A stretch of DNA of 64,000 nt, taken from the NCBI GenBank assembly GCA_032718475.1, contig JAUCBJ010009156.1, positions 25,493-89,492 on the forward strand. Reading direction: 5' to 3'. The translations under genes and the position numbers were made by a program. The stretch's first letter is position 1. Every line of letters starts with the position of its first letter. The notes under the pieces are model-generated. The model was not told the origin of the DNA. It made no database searches and was given only the letters and a program-made list of their open reading frames with translations. The stretch is from Nemertoderma westbladi. Lineage: Eukaryota; Animalia; Xenacoelomorpha. Of the stretch, positions 36,901 to 47,035 are shown in pieces.

Positions 36901-39556
36901 CCGTTGCGGCCCCCCGATTGGCGCCGCTGTGCCGCTATAAAACTTCCCTCTTCGGGTCTACCAACTCTTATTGGTGATAACGTTATTGTGTTTTGGTTTA
37001 GCGTTGCAACAGGTCGGGCGGTTCTACTCAATATGTACTTGGGGTCCAGAGTGAGCCCCGATCTGACTCCAGCGCCCATGGTAATCTGCCCAACAGCGCC
37101 CGTGGCAGTGTGCACAGCAGCGCCCATGGCAGTCTGCCCAGCAGCGCCCATGGCAGTCTGCCCTGCAGCGCCCATGGCAGTCTGCCCAGCAGCGCCCGTG
37201 GCTCCCCCAGCTCGTTCCAACGACACATGAGTCTGGAACGGTGTCTTAGCGAACCGCAACCTGGCCGAGCACAATGATGGCGACTTGGCGTGGATATCGC
37301 CGAGGATTTCGCCTATAATCGCGAGCGGGTCGCATCGCGGGAGCGGCAACGGGCGGCACTTCCGAACGCAGACCGACGGGTAGGTAAACAGTTTCCCTGG
37401 CAACGGGAGGAACGAGACGTTGAAATAAAACAATCCCTGGTCAGACTCGGGGAGTCTATACCCATAGAGATTCTTCCAATACTTTCTGAGTTCCTTGTAC
37501 GTTGTTAACGGACCCTGTTGGTTCACTGAGTGGGAGATACTGCTAACCAATCCTTTCTTACCTGTAGGGAAGACCACGCACCAGGGATTGCCTATAGCAG
37601 ACTCCTGGATATCAGAGGAGGATGTGCTGGATAGGAACTCCTCAATGTCGGTCGAATTTATGCCGAAATCTTGGAGGTTTATTTGTGGGATGTTGACGTT
37701 GTTTGGAATTACTTGGAGGCAGATCTCCCCATCTCTTAGATTCAGGCGAATTCTAAGTGATTCGTGTTTTCCTGGGACAGAGAGAAAGTCTCTGCCTTTA
37801 ACGTAATAGTCTGAGACGCGGTTCCACTGCGGGGCTAGACGAGACAGTATGGTGTAAGACAGGCAGGCTTCCACCACGTGCTTACTAACAGGTAACTCTT
37901 TGGATACTCCGCTCAAACCAATCTTACTCAAATAGTTGAGCGGTTTATCTCTCTCGTCGTTTCTAACAGCCACGTAGAAACGGCGGTCGCTGGACCAGCA
38001 CGGCGAGCAAATTGTACTCGGTACCATGAAGAGCAGCTCCCGGCATCTGATGGTTCGTTGCGTGCAGAGCGGTCGGTCTGCGGTTGAACAGCTTTCCGGT
38101 AGATCCACGGCGTATGACGCGAGGTCGTCGTGTGTAAACGTAGCAAATAGCAATGCCGTGCAAGTATTTGCCATTATCTACTGGTTACGGTACCCGTACC
38201 GGTAGGCCTAGCTTACTTCATTTATTAGTGGATAATGAAAGTAACTTAGTTAGAATAGTGAAAACTGCAGTAATGCAGGCTCTTACTGCAGTCTGTAAGA
38301 CTACATAAAGCCGATGATATCGGTACCGGTAGTCGAAAATGAAACATTTTAACCGTGATCCCAACTCCATTGTTGGTGTTATCAAGTAAAGGGGGGCACT
38401 AAACAAATAGTATTCTGTATGGCCTACCAGTTAAATGTAAAAGCAATTCCAATTGCAACCTTGTTGTGTTTGTATTAGTAGCTCTATGGAAAATTTCCAT
38501 ATTAATCTGCATTTGCTATGATTTAGGCCACATTTAATTTTTTTTTATATTAACAAAATTACTTTATTTGTTTGGGGATTATGAAAACAGAAACAAAATG
38601 AACTAAATTATGTTAAATTTTGATTGGTTAAATGTGTTAAATGTTAAATTTAGATCTTGGTTGACCTGCAGCAAAAAAAACCATGTATAACAACCTCGGC
38701 CTTCGGCCTCGGTAGTTATACGGTATATTTTGCTTCATGTGAACATATCGGATCCGTATACCCTTTAAAGTATGGAATAATATCAGTTTATTTTTTATTA
38801 ATCCTCTTTAAAAAAAATAATTAAATGTGGCCTAAATCAACCACCGTACTATTAATATAAAGTATCACACACTACCCAGCCACAAATTGTATTTTGAATT
38901 ACAATAATTTAATTATGAACTGGAGTTTTTCTGCTCCGAAACTATTATAAAAACTGCGCTTTTTTCTATTAATAATTTCTGCCGCCTTCAAGAACAAATA
39001 AACAAACTGTATAAGTAACTTGTATATTATGTAGCTAATTGTTTATCGTTTGTATATTTATACTTGAAGATGGCCCTAGCGGCATAAAATTATTGAAAAA
39101 TCAGTTTTTATAATAGTTTCGGTGTAGAAAAACAATAATTAATACACAAAAAAAAACAAAAAATAATTATAACTAAATTATTTGAATTCTAAATGGATGC
39201 CCTAAAGTCGACTTATTGTCTTATTGTCGTCTTATTGTAATTGTTATATTAATGTCGTTTATACTTTTCTAGGAATGGCGGAGCTCGATATCCCTTTGGT
39301 ACTCGGTCCGTTTACCGACGTGAACGCTAATTACTCAGACTGCCAGTTTCTCGCTCCAGACATCGACCATTCCGCAGTAACTGTTGTAGCGTACGTTGTG
39401 GTTGCGTTGGGGATAGTCTGCGTGATACCGGTGGTCATTATAGGCCTAATGTCGTTGTATAAGTGGTGGTATGTTAGATACAAGATCCCAGGCAGAAGTC
39501 ACAATGTACGGGTGCAGTCCAATCTATTGGAAGATTTAGACAGTTCAGAGCATTGA
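12966..39556 (+). CDS. BACE1: Beta-secretase (BACE)-like membrane-anchored aspartic protease, 8 coding exons
   Basis: Exons 12966-13142, 24497-24648, 25232-25397, 25663-25785, 26318-26499, 32093-32297, 34754-34943 and 39273-39556, all GT-AG with consistent phases. Translation gives a signal peptide, GYYVGVSIGTPPQK/INVLVDTGSSNLAV, FFINGSGWEGIMGLAY, DCKEYNNDRAIVDSGTTNL, PQ/QYLR, GFTVVFNRASKTIGFA and a C-terminal TM helix. BACE1 versus BACE2 cannot be distinguished for an invertebrate. Confidence 0.95.
13166..14627. mobile_element. Non-autonomous hAT-like DNA transposon (MITE) with 8-bp TSD
   Basis: TIRs CAGGGCTGGCAAA / TTTGCCAGCCCTG. TSD GGCCTACC at 13158-13165 and 14628-14635. Subterminal AAAAACCT repeats. 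Confidence 0.88.
13407..14506. mobile_element. Foldback-type element nested in the MITE: long inverted arms built from ~86-bp tandem units
   Basis: Near-perfect ~85-bp terminal inverted repeats (GGTCCTACTAATTACCCCAACC...). Internal tandem units flip orientation at ~14100. Confidence 0.8.
14950..15620 (+). mobile_element. Degenerate LINE (RTE-like) reverse transcriptase remnant
   Basis: Fragmented RT-like peptides (FFSILAG..QGDTLA, DFQYL) with frameshifts. Confidence 0.55.
15994..18303 (-). CDS. Intronless type-I membrane protein (769 aa) with EGF-like and Ig-like domains, nested antisense in BACE intron 1
   Basis: Long open frame in AT-rich DNA, hydrophobic N-terminus, C..DC....RCICPISYIG (EGF-like), TLQC..ANPEPKVKWY..GQYVCE (Ig-like), many N-x-S/T sites, TM helix IPALFIICGLCAITLFLLGIVGII and a short tail. 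Confidence 0.8.
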   Translation of the reverse strand: MIYELLVSIILISGLRKPNGEKIQNGCEEKLSGMDWYFSLDGTDGTSPIIFKCPNVTDKITHKGQPSGLTRQYHTSAKFKTYPYDITTCVMHVGADKSFLDHFIIDEGLSECGDESNRWSVRDEIDSYINNINNIMLSTNYSNFKYETSAFGFAIGARYLVHDSCLDDALNNDSYTLAVFGTNETFCMKILFRYDDKLNWITRQFHDQGGNEGKSSSPCNSKLSHRKIIPDEASLTQRSNILEINRGYKDINGGVISFDEFINEVTRELAEIVYNAPSKVAEKRKSIVKAYYHSDNKCVFKNLTSDISYVNYFNHSQRTSKRLMRTLDPCTIQTMKHSSNGVDCLNYVPQSWQLRCICPISYIGESAADNVTTCIVPYMRDTWRPVNCFLYNSDKILPKLNKNDIEDAFTGNTDQIEFSTIRKHDVKTPEGKASQLYFSIPNTSHNIDSITLRRNLTFTCVAKHVALPPLLPTPHCSVTVTAVFPPNNINITDTKGNLISAIFILMTHNVTYQYSNETKKSNITGVFTLQCNYDRANPEPKVKWYYINDARKSVSNESVFNLDTRKEVKGQYVCEMETQYFKVPVVKTNLLVTELELKLIQDARGIQTRSLDSKSNQVFASTTSKVIIKWGFHGNSLDDVMTASPVQFLWYAPDGELINYGSNNRVLERKFTVEGVYSATIKGDRIVNVDGERHTTIKFNVSIIRSENKYEPPRSKTQSAPSLHIPALFIICGLCAITLFLLGIVGIITDSCDEGRNRKIKVHESKYSN
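18441..19230. mobile_element. ~790-bp imperfect palindromic MITE-like element
   Basis: AATTTTTCTACAAATC.TAATGAGATTGCATGAAATTTGAAACAGAG at the left is mirrored at ~19165-19229. The arms pair along most of their length. Confidence 0.75.
19236..19990 (+). repeat. 31-bp minisatellite (AGTTCCGCCCGTGGCTACATTTTGTTCTTAT), ~24 copies
   Basis: Directly visible tandem array. Confidence 0.95.
20652..21665. mobile_element. ~1-kb palindromic MITE-like element
   Basis: Termini AGGTCATGCAGCG / CGCTGCATGACCT with long imperfect inverted arms. Confidence 0.75.
22839..24411 (+). repeat. 21-bp minisatellite (AGTTCCGTACTCCTCCCCACT), ~75 copies
   Basis: Directly visible. The unit is a multiple of 3, which explains the long repetitive ORFs on both strands. 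Confidence 0.97.
26464..32004 (+). repeat. 44-bp (some 50-bp) tandem array of the BACE exon 5 3' end plus splice donor, ~125 copies
   Basis: Unit TAGAGCGATAGTCGATAGTGGGACTACCAATTTACT|GTGAGTAG. The first copy is the true exon/intron junction at 26499/26500. Confidence 0.97.
32283..34631 (+). repeat. 25/30-bp tandem array of the BACE exon 6 3' end plus splice donor, ~85 copies
   Basis: Unit ACCCTA(A/C)TCCCCCAG|GTGGGTTGTA(TTGTA). The first copy is the true junction at 32297/32298. Confidence 0.97.
35040..35395. mobile_element. Probable non-autonomous Helentron/Helitron-like interspersed repeat with a small internal palindrome
   Basis: Terminus GGGGCGAGCCACG recurs as the reverse complement (TGGCTCGCCCC) at ~41240 and ~57406. 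Internal inverted repeat TAGTGTTGCAACGGGATC...GATCCCGTTGCAACACTA at ~35176-35235. Confidence 0.4.
35676..38174 (-). CDS. C18orf63: C18orf63/DUF4708-family protein (832 aa), intronless, nested antisense in BACE intron 7
   Basis: Motifs CRELLF, CLSYTILSRLAPQWN....KGRDFL, WCVVFP.GKKG, YWKNLYGYRLP and FTYPSVCV match the family as I recall it. The low-complexity C-terminus has a 10-aa TDPATGLSTH repeat. Confidence 0.88.
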   Translation of the reverse strand: MANTCTALLFATFTHDDLASYAVDLPESCSTADRPLCTQRTIRCRELLFMVPSTICSPCWSSDRRFYVAVRNDERDKPLNYLSKIGLSGVSKELPVSKHVVEACLSYTILSRLAPQWNRVSDYYVKGRDFLSVPGKHESLRIRLNLRDGEICLQVIPNNVNIPQINLQDFGINSTDIEEFLSSTSSSDIQESAIGNPWCVVFPTGKKGLVSSISHSVNQQGPLTTYKELRKYWKNLYGYRLPESDQGLFYFNVSFLPLPGKLFTYPSVCVRKCRPLPLPRCDPLAIIGEILGDIHAKSPSLCSARLRFAKTPFQTHVSLERAGGATGAAGQTAMGAAGQTAMGAAGQTAMGAAVHTATGAVGQITMGAGVRSGLTLDPKYILSRTARPVATLNQNTITLSPIRVGRPEEGSFIAAQRRQSGGRNGGGDAAAVRVTATAKGLSTYTDPATGLSTHTDPATGLSTHTDPATVLSTHTDPATCLSTRTDPATGLSTHTDPATGLSTRTDPATGLSTHTDPATGLSTHTDPTTGLSTHTDPATGLSTHTDPATGLSTHTDPATGLSTHIDPATGLSTHTDPPTTPSNTTGVRNSHQSGGKSATFDSLFSKANVRGPKGRGNGAEGTRVDFDSLFAAAKTVKPVQQKRQNNFEELFTPAKRSKTKANVGGAVDTKGDESDNNQPRDSVGRDKYKGKEIKSVRKEKEESINRRSKWPPKVNGKKDIRTVSGDPDNSKQVFGGNFFTTSDNEMDDFEQVVPSTPRKPPRLAATTAVPSVPSHKKVKDKQSHSVVLETVNKKVKSPAKATQIAVVKNSVDIIGTQQTKIIPRFIVKKRRH
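36440..36865 (-). repeat. Coding 30-bp tandem repeat (TDPATGLSTH x ~14) within C18orf63
   Basis: Visible in DNA and protein. A second 24-bp repeat (GAAGQTAM) lies at ~37070-37200. Confidence 0.9.
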
Positions 39557-40720
39557 CCTCCGTAAAGTTATGAAAACTAAACCAATCCATTCCCTCCAAA
39601 TTGGTTTTTAATGGTCGCTATGTATATATTATGTTGTAAGTTTGGGACTTTATGTATATTAAGTAGACCATCTACGACTGATAAGGATCCATCCATAGGA
39701 CACAGCTTGGTTACCTGCATACCAACACCCGGTATTACAAGATCGGCAATTACTTTCATTTCCCATTACATTCACTGTATACTACATGGGTCCGACCTGC
39801 GTTTATACTGTCTCTAACTATCAATTAGAACACTATGATAATGTTTTACATTTAATTCTTCACAAATAATTATTTTCGTATTAAATATTTCCATAAAATT
39901 ATATAAAATAATCTTTAAATGTATCTTGTATTGGATAAAATTGTCACATGACAGACAGCATTGTCTTTAATACAATCCTGGCTGGATCTTGGATTATTTC
40001 GCGTTGGGCTTCGCACTGTAATCTTATAAAGTGCTAGATTATACGACTGTATTAATTACTTAAATAGTTATATAATTTATAAGATAATATGAATATTTTC
40101 CAAAAGATAATTATTATTGAAATATGTAATACGAGAGGAATTTTTAATTTATAACAATTAATTAATATTTATGTAAATAATTAAATTAAAAATACTTTCC
40201 ACTTGAAATATTTCCCCTTCAAATTTACTTTATTTGTTTATAATAAAATTGCGTTGTTAAACAAATTGGATATATTTAAATATTATTTCTATAAATATAT
40301 ATTTACAATGATTACTTCATATAAGTATTATGTTCAATATTGTATACAAAACATAATTTATTTACCATAATTTGTGAATCCCTAACTGTATTTTGCCTTT
40401 ACTTATCTTCTGAGTTTTTTGAAGCTGCTTGTCCTCACTTCTTTTGGATTGACATAGGTCTCCATTTCTTTATATCCCTTTATTATTAGAATAAATATCG
40501 CACATTGTCATTGATTAAGTAATACAGTTAAAATGCTTTAAACATTATAATTCAGAGCCAACAGCCTTCGCAGCACTGTTGTGCAATTAGGAAGGAAACA
40601 CCATGACAACAATTATCCGATGTTAATAATTATTTGATTATATAAAACGATTACATAATAGTTTGTAGGGGATCTCATAACGAAATGTCCCACCATATAA
40701 TAACTGTTATTTCTCTATAT

Positions 40721-40845
40721 CATCACCGAACCCCAATATTATGTACTTCTTGAGGTTATGGTTTCATCACCGAACCCCAATATTATGTACTTCTTGAGGT
40801 TATGGTTTCATCACCGAACCCCAATATTATGTACTTCTTGAGGTT
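40721..40845 (+). repeat. Three copies of a ~44-bp tandem repeat
   Basis: CATCACCGAACCCCAATATTATGTACTTCTTGAGGTT repeated three times. Confidence 0.85.
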
Positions 40846-41720
40846 GGTTATGTTTCTTCAGAGATAATTTAATTTATTATTTATTTATGCGCTGTTTAAA
40901 CGGGATCGAACGGGATAAATTTCATTATTGAGTTTAAAACTAATTAGTAAGATAAAGTGAATTTAAAATGATATTATTTCTGGATGGTTTACTGACATTA
41001 TCCATACAATATAATTATTCAACTTTAGTACTACTGGCATTGTTCAACTAAATTACTACACTATTTATACTTCGGGATCCCAAAAAGTCGGGACTGGTGT
41101 TGCATTTTTCGTTGGGATCCCGTTTGACATTTACACATTGTATAATTTTATTTACTGTCTCATTGCCCTGATGTAATTGGTGGCATTGCTATCTGAATTT
41201 ATTATTATTATACACAATTGTAAGCCTTACATTATTTCATGGCTCGCCCCATATTAATTTGTGCTTCATAGTTAAGGTGCACATTGTGACACTTGGTGTT
41301 ATTGTTATTATTACATTTTCAGTTTATTGTATATCTTAGGATCTAAAACTTTAGTTTATTTTAACTTTCAGTTGTTTATTTGTGATAATAGTGATTGTTT
41401 AGTTTAGTTTCTTTGAGATATAGACCCACCTTCTATACGATACCGGGCGATGATATATTTGCGTCGTACTAAACTGGCTTTGTTTACATTTATGTATGTG
41501 TTTTAGGTCACTGTAATAAACAGCTGAATTGATTTTTTTTATTTTTGCCGTTGTTATAACTTTGATCTGAACTATACTGTATACTACTACAATAACCTTA
41601 AAGTATTCAATTTAAGATCCCTAGTTTTAAGTGATAGATAAATCAAAATAATCAAATGTTATAATGAAATGCTATATAACGGCATCTTGTACATTTAATT
41701 AATGTATTATTATGGATGAA

Positions 41721-41965
41721 GGAGGGTTAGCTCAGTTGGTTGAGCGCCGGGTCTGTAATCTATTGGTTGTAGGTTCGAGCCCCGGCCCCGCCACGGTCCA
41801 CTTAACCTATCATCCATTGGATAAATTAGGACCAGTTTAATTCCTGGGAGCAAAACTTTGGATAGGAGTAGCGTCCACCCCTACCTTCGGGTAGCAGCTA
41901 TTGGATGAGGAGCCTTCGGGTCGCCTCCGGTCTCGGCCGACTGTTTGCTTGCGTGCATGTATGTT
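41721..41965 (+). mobile_element. tRNA-derived SINE
   Basis: A box TAGCTCAGTTGG, B box GGTTCGAGCCC, poorly paired cloverleaf, followed by a TCATCC...GATAAAT.AG.ACCAG central block resembling the Nin/Deu SINE domain. Confidence 0.7.
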
Positions 41966-42533
41966 ACAAAATGAACCTGCTCTGCTATTTATGGTGCTGT
42001 ACTTTGCGTTTGTATTTAGTATTAAATAATTTATTTATTGGTTAGATATAACATGGTTTATGTTTCTTTTTTATCGTCTATATCTAAACCGATATGGATT
42101 TGCAGTGTAGTGCAAGATGTGTGCTATTCACTATATTGACTTCATCGTTATTAAAATATGTTCTCTATGTCACTGAATTTTTATTTTCTCATGTAATTGT
42201 TTACAACGATGGTAAATCTAGGAAACCCTTTAAGAAAACTCTTGCTGATTTCAACCGGGATTTGATATATAATTAAAACATCATATTGCTTCAATTTTAG
42301 GCAACCTGGAAATATTTTTATTATAACCGACTTTATTTATTTACGTTTAAGTTACATTTACTATTTGGTGGACCTTTATTTCCGCATTGAATATCATTCC
42401 AAATTTATAGATGCAATCATTGATAACAAGATAACTGTATTATGTTAATGTTACCTAATTTAATTACATGAAAACAATTTTAACGCTGATTGGTCCGAGT
42501 ATTAATATGTTCTCCTTGTAACCACTAGGATCG

Positions 42534-43436
42534 CTATGTTCCTTGGACTTTCTCGGTGTCCTTTATGTTATCGAGTTCTAACACAATTCGTTTAACAATA
42601 TCTTCAACTGTTGCCATGGCGCCCATACCCTTATCCCCGCAAACCAACGTTGTATCCCTAGCAACGACGTGTTTGTACCCATAACGACACAGTGTTTCTA
42701 TGTGGTGATTGGTCAGGGGGTGATTATACCTGTAATAAATCGTAGGCCCTATATGGAAATTTAATTGTTATTTATTCTAAAGTTCTAATAAAATGAAAAC
42801 AGAATAAAATTTATAAGTTGAAGTGATTCCACTTACATGTATGTGTTCATTGCTGGGCAGAATATAATTGGTTTGGTGAGGTCCCAAGCACGAACGATGC
42901 ATGTTAGTAGGTTGTCACACAAACCGTTAGCTAGTTTAGCTAATGTGTTAGCATCAAGAGGAGCTAACAGAAATATATCAGCCCACCTCCTAGAATATAA
43001 TTTAAATGAATCACCGTTGAATTACTAAGTCATTCCTCCTTATTTGAACATATCGTTGGTTGATGTTGCTATGACATGGCCTACTTCAGTACATAGTAGG
43101 CCATGGCTATATGAACAGGTACAGTAGTTGATATTGCTATGAAACAGTTTGGCTTTGGTTACTGTACCTTAGTTCTATGTGTAATACCGGGTCGCCTCGT
43201 GTTTTCCATAACTCCCACTCGTCTTTGTCAGTAAATATTTGACTCTCATTATTATTTCGAAATATTTCATCGAAGAAGTACATAGCTCGTTCTGTTGGAA
43301 CTATCCGAACTTCCTTAACACCATGTAAACTCTGTAATTCTTCGAACAGCTGAGGTATTTTTATAGTCGCTACACTCCCAGTGCATCCAATTAAAATATT
43401 ATAACCATGTTCCCTTTGAGTGCTTGTAGTAGCCAT
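42534..43436 (-). CDS. PPCDC: Phosphopantothenoylcysteine decarboxylase (HFCD flavoprotein), 3 exons
   Basis: Exons 43436-43168, 42989-42837 and 42729-42534 with GT-AG and consistent phase. Motifs [47 protein letters not shown] and [11 protein letters not shown]. Confidence 0.95.
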
Positions 43437-43555
43437 GTTTACTTTAGATGGCAGTTATATACTGTACTGCAATCAAGGCGTACTATATATAGTACGCCTT
43501 GACTGCAATTGCACACATTGGATATATTCAACCAGTAATTCAATTATAATAATAA

Positions 43556-45118
43556 CTGGGTCGGTGCGGGTTGACAGACACGTCGCTGGGTCGGTGTGAG
43601 TAGACAGAACCGTCGCTGGGTCGGTGTGGGTAGACAGACCCGTCGCTGGGTCGGTGTGGGTAGACAGACCCGTCGCTGGGTCCGTGTAGGTAGACAGACC
43701 CTTCGCTGTGGCTGTAACTCTCACCGCTGCGGCGTCTCCTCCACCGTTGCGGCCCCCCGATTGGCGCCGCTGTGCCGCTATAAAACTTCCCTCTTCGGGT
43801 CTACCAACTCTTATTGGTGATAACGTTATTGTGTTTTGGTTTAGCGTTGCAACAGGTCGGGCGGTTCTACTCAATATGTACTTGGGGTCCAGAGTGAGCC
43901 CCGATCTGACTCCAGCGCCCATGGTAATCTGCCCAACAGCGCCCGTGGCAGTGTGCACAGCAGCGCCCATGGCAGTCTGCCCAGCAGCGCCCATGGCAGT
44001 CTGCCCTGCAGCGCCCATGGCAGTCTGCCCAGCAGCGCCCGTGGCTCCCCCAGCTCGTTCCAACGACACATGAGTCTGGAACGGTGTCTTAGCGAACCGC
44101 AACCTGGCCGAGCACAATGATGGCGACTTGGCGTGGATATCGCCGAGGATTTCGCCTATAATCGCGAGCGGGTCGCATCGCGGGAGCGGCAACGGGCGGC
44201 ACTTCCGAACGCAGACCGACGGGTAGGTAAACAGTTTCCCTGGCAACGGGAGGAACGAGACGTTGAAATAAAACAATCCCTGGTCAGACTCGGGGAGTCT
44301 ATACCCATAGAGATTCTTCCAATACTTTCTGAGTTCCTTGTACGTTGTTAACGGACCCTGTTGGTTCACTGAGTGGGAGATACTGCTAACCAATCCTTTC
44401 TTACCTGTAGGGAAGACCACGCACCAGGGATTGCCTATAGCAGACTCCTGGATATCAGAGGAGGATGTGCTGGATAGGAACTCCTCAATGTCGGTCGAAT
44501 TTATGCCGAAATCTTGGAGGTTTATTTGTGGGATGTTGACGTTGTTTGGAATTACTTGGAGGCAGATCTCCCCATCTCTTAGATTCAGGCGAATTCTAAG
44601 TGATTCGTGTTTTCCTGGGACAGAGAGAAAGTCTCTGCCTTTAACGTAATAGTCTGAGACGCGGTTCCACTGCGGGGCTAGACGAGACAGTATGGTGTAA
44701 GACAGGCAGGCTTCCACCACGTGCTTACTAACAGGTAACTCTTTGGATACTCCGCTCAAACCAATCTTACTCAAATAGTTGAGCGGTTTATCTCTCTCGT
44801 CGTTTCTAACAGCCACGTAGAAACGGCGGTCGCTGGACCAGCACGGCGAGCAAATTGTACTCGGTACCATGAAGAGCAGCTCCCGGCATCTGATGGTTCG
44901 TTGCGTGCAGAGCGGTCGGTCTGCGGTTGAACAGCTTTCCGGTAGATCCACGGCGTATGACGCGAGGTCGTCGTGTGTAAACGTAGCAAATAGCAATGCC
45001 GTGCAAGTATTTGCCATTATCTACTGGTTACGGTACCCGTACCGGTAGGCCTAGCTTACTTCATTTATTAGTGGATAATGAAAGTAACTTAGTTAGAATA
45101 GTGAAAACTGCAGTAATG
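43556..45118 (-). other. Apparently identical partial duplicate of the C18orf63 locus (36713-38275), ending at the scaffold gap
   Basis: Constant offset of 6843 bp and identical translated ORFs. It begins inside the 30-bp coding repeat and ends at the Ns. Confidence 0.9.
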
Positions 45119-45218
45119 NNNNNNNNNNNNNNNNNNNNNNNNNNNNNNNNNNNNNNNNNNNNNNNNNNNNNNNNNNNNNNNNNNNNNNNNNNNNNNNNNN
45201 NNNNNNNNNNNNNNNNNN
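45119..45218. other. Assembly gap (100 N)
   Basis: Run of exactly 100 Ns. Confidence 0.99.
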
Positions 45219-46197
45219 TTATTTTAATTATACTTTTAAAGTAAAGTAAAATAATTGTCGGAATTTAAATACTAATTGGCCTATAACCTTTTATTTTACA
45301 ATTTAAATATTATTTTATTTTTTACATAGGAATGCAATCATTTTATATTAGATTTCAGAACATTAGATGACTACTTTTTACAGTACATGATTGTGCAATA
45401 TTACATTGCAATAAGAATAAACCTGGCTCTCTGGACATGGTGCGATGCGCTGTTTAAACCTTTCAGTCCTTGTCCTTGGCTAACCAGATTGACACAAATT
45501 AACTGCAATTAGATAAGGTACATAGTATCTCATGCGCAAATTGGCAGCAAAATGAAGTAATGTTTCGTTTATTGTTATGATTAGATACAGCGACACTTTA
45601 ACCTGCTCCACACCCTCCACTCCCTGTCATGTTTTAAATTAATTTTTAAACAAGTGTTTGCGGCAGGGAGTTCTGTAGTTGAACAACGGTTGGACGGGAC
45701 AACCGTAGCTGGAATGTAGATATCAAATTGGGGTGCTACTTCAGCTTGTCAATTGGAAAGGCTCTTGGTCCAATTGAAATAGGCCTATTGAAAATTAGTA
45801 GGCCTACCTGCTGGGAGGGAGTATAATTATACTGTAAATTGTTCATAAATTTACCTCATTGTTATTGTTAGCAAGCCCTGACAACGCAACCATATCCCCC
45901 CTCCTTCCCCTAATAAATCCTTCCCCTTTCTGAACCGGTAGGTCTGTAGTCTATAGAGAGCCCACTATTACAGTATTACTGTATTACCAATCAGCCAATA
46001 CCTACCTGTGACTACTGAACTACGGCCTAACAACCTAAAGCGGCTTTTGCAACCTGCTCCCCTGTCAAAGCTGTCATGCCTGTACTGCTGTAGGCCTACT
46101 TCCTACAAGCCTACTGTACTGTTGTACTGGCCTACAGTAGTGTACAGCACAGCACGGTCTGACGGTGTATGTAACAGCAGCAGTCTGGCAGTGATTC

Positions 46198-46253
46198 GGG
46201 TAAATCTTTTCGACCTACGCGTAGGCCTACGCGTAGGTCGAAAAGATTTACCC
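46198..46253. mobile_element. 56-bp perfect palindrome with 8-bp TSD (minimal MITE, Merlin-like GG termini)
   Basis: GGGTAAATCTTTTCGACCTACGCGTAGG|CCTACGCGTAGGTCGAAAAGATTTACCC flanked by AGTGATTC on both sides. Confidence 0.85.
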
Positions 46254-47035
46254 AGTGATTCCTCGTCTGCAGTGCAGCTAACAGGCTAGTGTAGTCTGGC
46301 AGTAGTGTAGGCAGGTAGGCCCTATAGCCAGACTGCCAGACACTGAGACAGCTTCAATAAATAAGACATCAGGACATTGCAGTACCGGTACCGGTAGTAC
46401 ATAGTAGGTATCTTATTTCCTTAACTGCTTAATACTGTAATAGGGCCTATACTCAATTCAATAGGATATACGGATATACTAATACTGCCAATTGAGGGAA
46501 ATGAGTACCCTGGCTGCCTGGAGTACGTTTTTAACTGCAAATTATACACCATGTCCTGGAATATTGTCTAGACATTACAGCATTACTGCATTATACTACA
46601 ACTGCTGTATTGTACTACTGTATATACTATAACTCAGTAACTGTAAAATCAGATAATGTAGGCTATGCACGGCACGTACAGATTCTGGACAGTCGACAGA
46701 TATACCGATAGACCTATCAACTAGGCAGCTAGGCCTATACTGGTATACAAATCTGCAAATACAAGTATACAGGTAACGCTATGCTACTTTGTTTTGACAA
46801 TGTTGACAAATATTAGTAGGCCTATTAAATTAAAATATAAATATCTGAATATCTAAATAAATCTGAATATCTAAGGCATACGGTACTACGGTGTACAGTC
46901 AAGGAAGGCCTACCCTACAGCCCTACAGTCTGACAGTCTAACTCAGTGCAATTCGATATTGGGAATTTCAATGAGCTGATAGATAATTGATTTAGTTATA
47001 CTTTTTCGATATTGTAGACCCCAACTTACTTCACC

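Noticed and set aside
41721-41793. Functional tRNA gene
   Set aside because: Acceptor and anticodon stems pair poorly, and the sequence continues into a SINE-like body.
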